Positions 53,901 to 64,000 of a stretch of DNA of 64,000 nucleotides are shown in pieces. This DNA is from Paraphysomonas bandaiensis. Lineage: Eukaryota; Protista; Chrysophyceae. Each line of letters opens with the position of its first letter. Positions within the stretch are counted from its first letter, which is position 1. The notes below the pieces were generated by a model. The model did not search any database and had not been told where the DNA came from. It saw only the letters and a list, made by a program, of their open reading frames with translations. The position numbers were made by a program, and so were the translations under genes. Location of the stretch: contig CBFFRP010000405.1 in NCBI GenBank assembly GCA_965644295.1, forward strand, positions 142,741 to 206,740. Reading direction: 5' to 3'.

Positions 53901-56283
53901 TCCAGATGCCGTCAACATCGTCAGTGTCATCTCCCCAATTGTTCGGAATTTCCTCTCAGACACCGCGTTGAGCTCTGGCGTGTCTCGTGTTGTATGTGAC
54001 ACCCGAGTCCCATATCGCTGCAACAGATACTCTCTTATCTGCTGACTAATAAGTTCGGATCCTCCATCGGCATGATACTCCACTATACGGTTCCACCCCT
54101 CGTACTTCACTAAGTGGACCTCGCACAAGTGTCGTAGACATTTGAACACCTCCTCTCCGCTTCGAGTCCTCAATCCATATTCCCATATCATCTTTGTTGC
54201 TAAGTCCGTAAATAGGAGTACGTACTTATACCCTTGTCTGGATTCACAATTTAGGTAGACTGAGATGTCCGCTGTCACTCGTTCCAGAAACCTGACTGCG
54301 CTTAGCTCTTCGTTGTCCCGTGATTTGAACGAATGCCTGGTTATCTTCGCCTTGGCACACCATTTACACAGGGGTTTCTTGCAACTCTTCTCCTTTGCCT
54401 TCGAAAGGTGATGTCGTTGTAGTCCTGATCCTCTGAATAACATGTGTCGGTGAGCTTCTAATAACTTCGATTTCGAGACATGTCCAGTACGCTCATGTAA
54501 GCGATCCAACGCATCTTGTCCTGTATTATCCGACAAATTTACCTCCTCCATCTGATTGCACATAGACACATTTGGCAGATTTAACACCTCCATCAAGTCC
54601 ACATACGGCATTCCTCCATGCTCATCGTACTCTCCAGTCAACACCTCGTTTCCAGAGTCCAATTCCACGATTTTAGGCTTTCGAAGCAGTTGTAATCCGT
54701 ATCCCATTGATCTCAGCATTCCTCCTGACACAATGTTCTTCACCGCTTCTTCACTAACTCTGATGTCTCTCCATTCCCCAAATGTACCAGTTCCCTGTGT
54801 CTCCAATTGAGAACCCTTTCTAGTTAGTTGTATTGCCCCAAACTCAGGAGTAAATGACTCCAGTGCAACTTTATCCTTTACTATAAACAGTCTTTTACTT
54901 GCACAACTGTCCAGATATACACGAGGTTCTTCCGACGTATCCACCGATAGCAAAACCTCTTCTCCAAACATATTCGCTTCATCATCCGACGACTCTCCGT
55001 CGTTGACGTATTTCTTCCATTCTGTCTCGAATTTCCTGTTCGATTTTCGAGGATTCTCATTATCCGGGTTTTTTATGTTCTTCCGTTTTTTCGACTTGCA
55101 CTGTCGGGCTTTATGACTAAAATCTCCACAGATATGACAACCAGTATAATCCTTTGATCCTGGCTGCTGCACACTCTTCGAAGCCTTTTCCTTCGTCTTC
55201 CCTTTTCTTTTGAACTTATCCATTTTTCTTTGTCGTTCCTTAGCATAACAATTCGCTGCTACATGTCCCTTCTTCCGACAAAATGAACAAACCACTGGCT
55301 CCTTCGACGCTGTAAAATTGATCTCTTCAGACTTGTCGCCCTTTAGTTTCTTCAGCTGCGTCATAGCCTCGTCATACTCTTCACAAGCCTCTTTCACCGA
55401 ATCAAATGTAGTTGTTGCTTTAGGCATCATCGCTACCGACATCCATAAATCATGTAATTCCTCTATCTGCAGCGCTGCTTTTATCTTTGCTAATTTACTT
55501 GCCTCTGTCTGCGGTTGTCCCAATTTTATGAGCTTCTGGATTATACCGTTCAGTCGATCTACCCCAACAGACACCTTTTCCCCCGGCCTTATTTTGAACG
55601 AATGGTATTCTGCCGTAGTCTTCTCCAATACAGTCCCAATCTCGCCTCTGAACCTATCAACCAGTGTCTGAAGGAGCTCACTGGATAACACCTCCTTAGC
55701 AGGATCATCAGCAGGTAAAATTGCCTTCCCCTCCAAATATTGATTGGCTACCTCCAACACATCAGGGTCATGCTCGCAAGCCTCCCAAATAGTACTAACA
55801 CAGGTATCATTACGCTCTCTCCATGACTCTAAATTCCTTCCTCCGGCTGGCGGGTCCTCCAAGCCAAGATGGTTTCGGTTTTTCTTCATTAGATGCATCT
55901 TGATTTTTCTCGCTGAATAGTCTGCTTGGTTCTTGTCAAACCGTAGCTTCTTGTCATCTTCCCCATCCCTACAACTAGCATTCGCTACCATAACAGAAGT
56001 TGACATTATTTGCTAAGGTTTACTATTCTCAACTGATAAGATGAAATTATAAACATTACATGATAAAGAACCTAAGTTGTGTTCGATGTGTTCAACACCA
56101 TTCATTTACTACTATAGTGTACAAACCACACACTCAGTGATCGTATCCTGTATAGTCATCCACTTCTACTTCAGTTTCATACTACACAATATAATGTACT
56201 AATTACATATATATCTTTCGATCCTTGCATCTCACATAATACTGCACTCAATTGCAAGTATATAGAATCTTCAGATCTCAACA
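50992..56283 (-). mobile_element. Full-length Ty1/Copia LTR retrotransposon
   Basis: 293-bp LTRs at 50992-51284 and 55991-56283 look identical. 5-bp TSD GACCA at 50987-50991 and 56284-56288. PBS TGGTAGCG (55983-55990). PPT TGAGGGGGAG (51285-51294). Single intact gag-pol ORF. Confidence 0.97.
51408..56006 (-). CDS. Copia gag-pol polyprotein (Gag with two CCHC knuckles, protease, integrase, RT, RNase H)
   Basis: CSFCRKKGHVAANC and CHICGDFSHKARQC; YLDSCAS; HERTGH..CKWC; ADGGSE; PELNAVSER; YKARLVA; QLDVSNAF; LYGLRSSPRSW; IYVDDI; TDADWAG; KSKHIEIKYH. Order PR-IN-RT-RH. Confidence 0.97.
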   Translation of the reverse strand: MSTSVMVANASCRDGEDDKKLRFDKNQADYSARKIKMHLMKKNRNHLGLEDPPAGGRNLESWRERNDTCVSTIWEACEHDPDVLEVANQYLEGKAILPADDPAKEVLSSELLQTLVDRFRGEIGTVLEKTTAEYHSFKIRPGEKVSVGVDRLNGIIQKLIKLGQPQTEASKLAKIKAALQIEELHDLWMSVAMMPKATTTFDSVKEACEEYDEAMTQLKKLKGDKSEEINFTASKEPVVCSFCRKKGHVAANCYAKERQRKMDKFKRKGKTKEKASKSVQQPGSKDYTGCHICGDFSHKARQCKSKKRKNIKNPDNENPRKSNRKFETEWKKYVNDGESSDDEANMFGEEVLLSVDTSEEPRVYLDSCASKRLFIVKDKVALESFTPEFGAIQLTRKGSQLETQGTGTFGEWRDIRVSEEAVKNIVSGGMLRSMGYGLQLLRKPKIVELDSGNEVLTGEYDEHGGMPYVDLMEVLNLPNVSMCNQMEEVNLSDNTGQDALDRLHERTGHVSKSKLLEAHRHMLFRGSGLQRHHLSKAKEKSCKKPLCKWCAKAKITRHSFKSRDNEELSAVRFLERVTADISVYLNCESRQGYKYVLLFTDLATKMIWEYGLRTRSGEEVFKCLRHLCEVHLVKYEGWNRIVEYHADGGSELISQQIREYLLQRYGTRVSHTTRDTPELNAVSERKFRTIGEMTLTMLTASGLPKSFWFDAYQTACYIVRRMPTRTWQGWMSPYECVPGGSVPSLSWLRKWGCKAYVLTPKADRRKDWEDKAMTGYFIGYPADRKGYKVLVGDTVVHSVHVLFDESVPERSQDYYRELEEAQVAIDPEARQPGEFEYLIGKHHEDGGLLYKTNRVVIRKGLIVGYRSLVTGNQVQVEDKTPIHIADIKKMTEDLAQRVVRARVTDNRDGGISGVVPQQSESGQVQPQADSALPSGEGTPAENHPHGKRARTPRTVTNVSVLGQIHHLSDESDVSDLLQEADSVWMSAEESTVPQTHRESLESAEHREWRRARRVEREGLAKRDTMEVTRIPDGVVPLHSKYVYGKKYDKEGEVRRYKARLVAIGCGQQSSGWANHFAPVVKGVTVRLLIAIAFVMNMVIHQLDVSNAFLYADIEGDVYMKATPDFQLPEGYCFKLKKSLYGLRSSPRSWWKTLDKFIRSMHFKPCVLDPCLYYQYKGDELILLTIYVDDILVLGRDVNIVKDIKAQLCARFDMKDMGEMEHFLNVRVTRTPEYIRLDQSVYAAKILEKFEKYLGSPRKVRKSPLPAEAMDLVAQGARHEHTEEEQLIVDNFPYRPLIGALLYLSMNTRPDIAYAVGVLSRVSNKVNIEVCKLLTHVWQYIRGSIDKGIQYGSRRFDFHMFTDADWAGDQLSRKSTSGYVGFAAGGPIVWQSKLQTTVATSSMQSEYQCIYSGLQEVLWVRGVTGEIKLRLIKPTPFFIDSQSAQDLAENPVFHKKSKHIEIKYHMVREHVDPNQFNTIKLVHVHTSQQAADIYTKSLVGLSYMEQRKRNLGEKAKSSTEVINEGPRDKRRRK

Positions 56284-57598
56284 GACCATTATCGCTATAT
56301 GATAGATGTATATGTAGGTACGTTGTACAACTTACAGCATGACAAGTGAAAGCATTGATCTCAGTCAACTGATACCACACTCAAATCTCAAACGCTCAAA
56401 CGCTTAAGACGAGGCATGCATTTTGTGCAATTTGTATCTGGAGCTGCCTTATGTGCCTCACGGCAACCAGAGGAAGCAGCAATATACCCTTCTGAGTTTT
56501 TGCAATCTGGTGGCCTTCCCTTAGGCATTGTGCGTGGCTCGGAGGTATGCGGATGAAGGTCTTCGTGCTAAAGGTGTTGATCTACTGTGAAGAAACGTCG
56601 GAATCGGCTCGTTTGCTGTTTTAACCAGTAGCAAAGTACACGTGAAAGAGAGTGTGTAGTTGGAGGACACCAGTGGGATACGAGGGTTTTCCGGTGTATC
56701 CAGCAACAGGAAGTTGAGAGAAGGTGTGATGGAACAAGAGAGGCAACATGTGATGTTAGTGTTCGTAGTGTCTGTATAAGTGCGCGGGTACAGGCTGAAG
56801 CATAGGGTGTGTGAAAGAAAGGTGAAGGTAAGTTATCAAAGACGAAAGGAGATGAGATAGTTTGTCTGGAGGTTTTTGAGGAGGTGGTATGTAAGGTGCG
56901 TGTGTGGGATAGTGCAGTGGGGTTATATGTTATATGTATGTTGGACAAAGAGCGCAGTAGTGTGTAGTGTGGGGCAATAGTGAGGTAGGACTACCATCTG
57001 TATACCTATAGTACAGCAAACAAAAGTTATGGTACATCCAAAATGTGTGTAGCATCCCGTATAGAGAAAACAGTGTGTGTCCAATGATAATGGTGGGCCG
57101 ACTGCTTGATAGGTGGGGGGCCAATGAAGTGGAGTGTTTGAGCTGATATGCAGGGATAAGTCCGTTGATATAGGGCTCGCGTGGATGCTATTAGCTGGAG
57201 CATAGGATAGGGATAGGATAGGGATAGGACTTGTGGGGATAGGTAGGGAACAGGGGGTAGTGATTAGAGTATGTAGCGTAGAAAATGTGGAGAGGAGATA
57301 CTGTATCTACCAGAGAGCCAGAGAGGTAGGGTAAAAGCTGGCATCACTGCAGATGTGCAGGCGCGTAATAAAACTGAAACAGTTAGAGTAATGTGGCATC
57401 TGAAGGCCGGTAAAGGGATAGTGTAGCCTGTAAAACATGAGCTAAAGAGGTTTTAATCTGAGAGGGGTTGAGGGGGGCGCCAAATTGAGGCAGGACCAGC
57501 CATTGAGATGCAACCACGGCCACAACATTTTCTCTCTCTCTTCTGGTAAAAACACAGTTCAACAAAAAGTTATACCTTTTTAGCTCGCTCCAAGCTCA

Positions 57599-60062
57599 AT
57601 GTCTTTATTGAGACCGTGGTTGTGTCCCATCAGCGGGTCCGGGCTCAGACTGTTCCCTTCTCTCCAAGCAGGGCAACATTTTGAAACACACCACACTGCC
57701 GACAAACATCTTGTCTTACCATGTTGTACATGCTCCCCGTTAGATAACGTGGCTTGGCAACCTTTCCCTTCACTAACGCCATCAGTTAAACTAAGTGCCT
57801 GCACCACTACAGCGCTGTCAGTCCCTATTGGACATTTCCCTTGTAGATGTATCTGCACCACACTCCGTTCTCTACGGTTACAACCACTCATCGCATGGTT
57901 CGTGCGGGTAGGCACTAGGAAAAGGTGCACTTGTTCATTCCCTAACACCTTTGCTCTCCATCGACCCCGCTACCTTGTAAGACAGGACCATTTCTTGGCG
58001 ACCGCACAAACCCACTCCACATGGACAATCTATGGTGCACTCACCAAGCAATCCTCCACCTCTCACGGCTTACCTATCATTCCTATAGACTACACATCTC
58101 ATTGGATGACTACTATACTTTCTACGTGGTATGCGCGAATACAGTCGCTCTACACAGTATACAGCGTATCAAGCTGTACTCTCCCAGTCAACCTCGTCGA
58201 CTACACAACACACTATCACCACCGCATTTACCACTTATATGTGCACCTCTTATATAACCACCCTTTGGAAGCATATTTAATCAATACGTACTCCTTACAA
58301 AAATCACCTGATACAATGCAACGTGGAGCCACTCCCTCTACCAAACGAACTTACACCTCGAAGTTTGTTCTCCCTCCCTCCCATCAACTGATGGACAATG
58401 ATGCGCATGTTAAGAACGCCCTATCGGATTTCAAGAAATCCAAAGCCGACGTGCCCAGACTTCAGCTTCCATCTACTCGCACGTTCTTGGAATGGAGCAG
58501 CTTCGAACCAGCCATGGAATACCGAACTCTAGTGGTCAGCAACCTGAAAATGACAGACGATACGGCGTTCTTTGGAATCATACATTATCTAATCAATGAA
58601 TTGGGGTTTCCAATTTCACTCCCTACCCCGCAAGACCTCGCTACTTTCAGGGCAGCCGAGGATGCGCGAACTTGCTCAGATTTACCGGCTCCTACGGCGA
58701 GCAGAGTAATACGAGCATTCGCCCTTGGCAGACCTGGGTACGAGGTCAGGCCGGGTATGGGACAGAATGTCGCTGCTGATTCATGCATGCTCTCAGCGCC
58801 TCTCTGTTTTGATCTACATATTGAAACTGGCACCTCAGTTGACGACAAAGGGCGTCAACGGACAGAAAGTCGACACGTTCAGTTGTCACTGTTTCAAACC
58901 CCAAGAGAACAATTCGTCGATCGCTCCATAGAGGAACCAACTCTGGTACCCGTTGCTGCGATATATGGTATGACTGCTGATTCGGCCAGCACCAGGCCTG
59001 CACACGCCTACAGATTGCGGAATATACTGGACATGTTACTTCGCGCAGGAGGCTTTGCCACACTCCCCCCGTACGAAGTATTTTGGACTTTAACTCATTA
59101 CAAAGGCAAAACTAGGGCTACAGACAAAACCTATCGCTATTACCAGATTCTCCTACTTCACCACCCTGTTCGAGACCAAGACTTAAGAACGAAATTTTAC
59201 AAAGCACTATTCAACAATGAAGTTGGTAGACATGTAGAACTCAGTCTAGGCTCACTGTGTTGCCGAATGACAAGCAGAGAATCACCCTCGCTTAAGCAAT
59301 CCAACTGGGCACCGACCCTTTCCCTATTTCACATCGCCCTTAAGTCGGAAACACTCCTGCATCCCGTGCAAGTATGGAAGGCATGTGATGCAATAGGGAT
59401 CCCTGCTGCGGATATACAAGACATCATATGGTCTGCGCGTAACCCGATCACTACCAACCGCAGGGAAAAAGAACGATTAATGGAACAAACTTACATCTGT
59501 CTTGACAATAACAATGACAAGATCAAACTCACCTGGGAACTCTCTCGCCCTAGTATTAACACTTGCCTAAAAAGCGCCCTTGGGGACGAAAACTTACACG
59601 ATTCCTCCAGATCTTCACTCCCAACGTTTTCTGTATGCTCTGAACGAGGCAATTGATACTGAGGACCACAGTTCCCACCACATATCGCCTCCCATATCCT
59701 TCCAGCCCTTTGGTCCAACCACTGTACCACAACAGAGGTCAGCAGCTACTCGTTCCTCCACACCCAAACGGCAAAGACAGGTAGACATTTCCCCCCCTAC
59801 CACACCGGCACCGACTCCCACCTGCCCGGAGCTATGCGAAATTGCACTCCACGCGTCCTCAAATCTAGTTCCACTAACCACGGTACACACCATTCTGTCC
59901 CGATTGGAAAACGCGGTAACGGACCTTTACAAGATCGACATAGAGACCACACTCGTAGTGCTTGATTACTATAAACAAAAAGTCGGCCAATGCCTACCGA
60001 AGAGGAATCAGGAAGACTACGAGCGCGATGACTCCGACATATTCGGGTCTGATTCCAACTGA
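57599..60062 (+). CDS. Putative ORF1 of an unclassified retroelement-like element (likely start ~58316; frame change near 59600-59650)
   Basis: Long intronless ORF in strongly A/C-rich strand-biased DNA, with an RRM-beta1-like RTLVVSNL segment and a Pro/Ser/Thr-rich tail. It is followed closely by a second long ORF. No diagnostic domain recognised. Confidence 0.45.
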
Positions 60063-60083
60063 CTTCTACTGGACTGGGACACT

Positions 60084-63000
60084 TTGGAGGCGAACAGCAC
60101 TACACAGATATTTAGTTTGCAAGAGGCCCCCAAGTGGTCACCCCCCAGTCCACACCTACTAAATCCTCAACACGTACTCACATTCGACATGAAACACACG
60201 CCCTTAGACTATCACCTCCGACCACCGCGCAAACCGCCAGACAAATTCCTACGCTCATCGAGCAGTGTACATACAACAAGATGGCATCATGGACCAGAAT
60301 ATTCAAGCGACAGTAGTGGGGATGGACCGAGAAAGAGACCTGCCTCTGCTCAGTATAAGAGAAACAAACTCCGACGACAGAGCTGCACACGAAAACTACA
60401 GCAGTATCGTGATGGCACCATCCCATGCCTCCCGCCACATATCCAACGCAGACAGACACGCAGTGCGCTTCGCATGAGTCAATTCAATAAACTCATCTGG
60501 AAGGAGCACCTTCGACATAAATCGCAGAAAAGTGAGGCCCCTCCACACCAGCCTGATACCACTCGACCGGCCAGGGATGACATGACTACGAACCAAAGGC
60601 CGTCCCCCCATGACATAGTCTCACCGCAATCTACATCCTTCGAAAAGTCCACTCCACAAGCCTGCGCAGTGATGTCCTCAACAGATCACAGTGACAGCCC
60701 TCTATGCTCACACGAGATTGCAACATCGTATAAACCATCCACCAGCACTTCTACTCCTCAGGATGGTTCTGGGATAACACAACAAATGTACTCCGCAGAA
60801 CCGATTGAGACCCCACCAGTGTTCATACCGCATCCAGTACCAGCTGCTTTCCTAGACTCCACCCTCCAGGAATGGACGTTCTATTCGCCCAGTGGATTGC
60901 TTGCCATTGCTTTGCAGGAAGAGATGGTCAGCAGTGTGACACAACTACTACAGTTGGGACACGACACTCCCGCTATCCACAGCCACGTGCGTCGCTCACT
61001 GGAAGAGGGAAAAATGATTGTAGCACGCCATTATGCGTATTCAGAGTACAACAACACTCCTATGGCGGGGTTCTGCGGGCTGGCGGCAATTGCTTCCATT
61101 CACTACAAGAGCTCAAATGATAAGCTATACCCGTACCTGGACCCTGATGTTCCAGACTCGAAAGATAAACTGCTCCAAGTCATACAGACGAGCAGAGAAG
61201 TACTCAACTCATACACAACAGAGGAAGCCAAAAAGCTCAACATTGTGGCCATTTGCAAGGAGCTCAAACAACTACTCACCACATATCACAGAGCACTTCG
61301 TAGGAAGAAACCTACTGCCATCGGAATACCCACAGAGAAATGGGGACATACTGATACCATTGCCTTCTTAGCAGAAACCCTGAACATACGGCTCAGAGTA
61401 TGGCAGGAAGAACCAGAAGTCCTAGGGCACAACTGGGCGTACTGGTCTACCTTTCACTCAGCCTTCATTCCCAAGACGCAAGAACGGCCATTTCATGAGG
61501 TGTTCTGTTCGGAAGATCATTTCTTCCTAGATACAAAGCTACCAGTAAAACTGGAACTCCACACGCTGTTGGACCGACTCCCTGAACTTGTATGCGGACG
61601 GATACTCCAGGCACTACCACAACAATCTAATGAAGCTCAATGGCATCACCAGAATCAGGTAGGTACCCATCCTTCGCATAACTGCCAAGGGAAGGCATAT
61701 TCCTCTGACAATAGTGGTGACGGACCGATACACCACCCCAAGAATAAGGTACCCAAACACGCCACAAGGAAATTGTACCACCGCGTGCACTCCTCACTGG
61801 CTATTTCCCTGTCAAATGGAGATCACCTGCTCCCACATCCCCCTCGTTGAATTCTGGCGACCCACCAGCACCGGACATAGCAGACTCAGCTCACACGAGT
61901 TCTTCCCCAGGCCCCATCCTACACGCTATGGGACAGGATTTCATGCCATTCCACTCTACGGTTCAGAACAACTGGGTGGAATACGATGACTTCCACACCA
62001 TAGCAGTCGCTCCACAGCCAGAACTAGTACAGGAGATACATTCGCAAATGCTGACCCCAACTAGGATTGCAAATTGGGATAGCTTCATTGACAAATTCTC
62101 CAGGGCAGACAACTACATCTTTATGACCACATTTCCAAAATGTGAACATACGAAGGGTTCCACGTGCAGCGCACTCCAAATAGCACAGCAGTTGCAGACT
62201 TCCATCAAATCCAATGTGGAGTCCCCGCACGACATTTCCAAGCATATCAGAGCACTCTGCCTGACAAGAGGGGCACCACTATCCTCCACAAAATCACTTC
62301 GGATGAGGTTGCAACAATTTGAACACTCTCAAAGAAATCAACCAGACAGCGAACTGGAAATGGACGTGCAGGATTTTCAAATAATACTAGACCTACTATC
62401 TATACCATACAGGTTATGGGAAGCTGATCAACCACATCTAGTGTCGGGCTGGGCGCAGCTAACGCCTTTCTTCCGGCACTCCCTTACAAGGAACCTCACC
62501 ACGGAAGATGTTACAACCCACGACATCGTCCAAAGCCAACACGGGTTTCACGTTCTTGCTACGTCAGGCACTACTAGCATACCTGGTATCCAGTACCGAC
62601 TCAACACTGCTCTCGCACGAACCAAACAACGCATTTCCAACTTACTGCAGCACCTGCGTACCAGACAAGAAGGCGTCAGGATTGAGGATCCCCCAGATCC
62701 ACGGCACCTTCAGATAGACACCACCTCGACACAGGCCGAGATACTTGATGTTTCTCTCTCCGCGAGAGTCCGACGCCACCTTGCACAAAGGTCCCCCAAG
62801 GATCATAACCACCTCAGGCAACTCATGTGCGCCATGGGCAGGGTGTATTGTCTAACCCTATGACCGTGGGGGGTTATAAAAAAACAAAAAATACCACGCG
62901 ACGGGTACTGTGCATATAGCACCTTCATTACATCCATGTCCTTGCAGCTAAAGAGAGGCAAACTCGCTCTTGCTCGAAACTTGACCTCAGGCACCACAGA

Positions 63001-64000
63001 GACCGTCTTACCCTTGCATCCTTCCTTACGAACCTAAGACACACTGCCTTACATGCGCTGTATCGGGATCACCTAGATACGAATTCCATACAAACAATAC
63101 GGAACAAGCTCGTGCATGCCCGAACGGCTCTTGGTATCCCGAACAAGACAACACACTACGGCAGAGGATATCAACCATTGGCTTTCAGTACATGTAGGTC
63201 CATATGCTTGACCCGCCACTATCCTACCATGTACGACATGGGCACAAAATGAAATACTCTAAGCATAGTGGGACTACCAACAGACGCACACATACAATAT
63301 CACATGGAAGATGGAGGAACTAAGGAGACCTTCTGTCACAGACTCTTATCCACATGTTATACTGCAGGATGCGCATTACTTTCTACTGGACCCCACAGGA
63401 CTTGCCACGGCCCTGACAACGCACTGCTCGCTCTTGGAAAGTAGACTAGCAACCAGTCTCTACCGACGGACAGCACCATATATAATAATGTACCCTGTAC
63501 AAACAAAGCTGTCAAGGTACGGCCAAAGGACAACACAGAACCCTCCCTTGTCAGTAGACCTAGAAAGAGAACAACAAACAGCGGAGCCCCCGGACCCCAC
63601 ATAGTCACTAAGAAGAACCAAGGGAGACCACAAACTTGTCAAGCATCAGCCAGCCGATGCCAGCCAGCCCGCCAAGGCAAAAAAGGACGTCAATTACAGT
63701 GACAGTGATCCACAGACGGAACATCCCACTGACCAAAGTACCATCAACACCCCGTCCACCAGACCACTTCCACAACTCCAAACTGCTGATTGGGACAGGG
63801 ACTGGCGTAAATAAATTCTACATCGCGTACCTCCGAAGAAAGAAGTCAAAGCGTCTTATCCCCATATGCGAAGGAAAAATTCAGGTGTGCTTTCGACACC
63901 ATTATAGCTGAGTGGCCAGCGGTGACTCGCTACTCCGACTGTCGAGACGCGCACGCTCACACGCCGCTCAGACTTTATAGCACAAGACAGCACGGGCTCC
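60084..64000 (+). mobile_element. Frameshifted ORF2-like polyprotein with tandem OTU-like cysteine protease domains; probably continues past the window
   Basis: Domain 1: PMAGFCGLAA...KWG...LNIRLRVW...EDHFF (about 61060-61530). Domain 2, degenerate: GSTCSA...LSIPYRLW...QHGFHVL. Domain 3: IPRDGYCAYS (62891)...NHWLS...QDAHYFL, with frameshifts. RKPPD near the N-terminus. No RT or endonuclease in the window. Confidence 0.55.

Overview
Eukaryotic genomic DNA with many short (about 43-80 bp) spliceosomal introns; gene style suggests a stramenopile/ochrophyte protist (inference). Host genes: a large USP9X/24/34-type deubiquitinase with unusual MABP-like and Tudor-like domains, an EF-hand-like/response-regulator fusion, RPS15, RBBP4/MSI1, an SLC25 mitochondrial carrier, BRR2/SNRNP200, an RNI-type LRR protein, tRNA-Asn(GTT), and a Cu/Zn-SOD-fold gene that has lost three metal ligands and its disulfide. 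Mobile DNA: (1) two nested non-autonomous hAT elements, each with an 8-bp TSD; (2) an apparently intact 6.3-kb Plavaka/CMC-type DNA transposon with ACCTATAGGT palindrome arrays, inserted with a 3-bp TSD into the exon of a WW-like gene; (3) a very young Ty1/Copia element with identical 293-bp LTRs and non-canonical TG..TA ends; (4) an unclassified dispersed repeat of about 0.5 kb with 7 copies; (5) at the right edge, a partly frameshifted retroelement- or virus-like polyprotein region with up to three OTU-like cysteine protease domains and a duplicated GxxYSSDxSGDGP motif. A ~650-bp (GTAT)n array lies just upstream of BRR2. The best candidates for new biology are the OTU-array polyprotein with its repeated G-P motif, the pseudo-SOD, and the Plavaka element whose excision could restore the host frame. 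All calls were made by eye; no searches were run.
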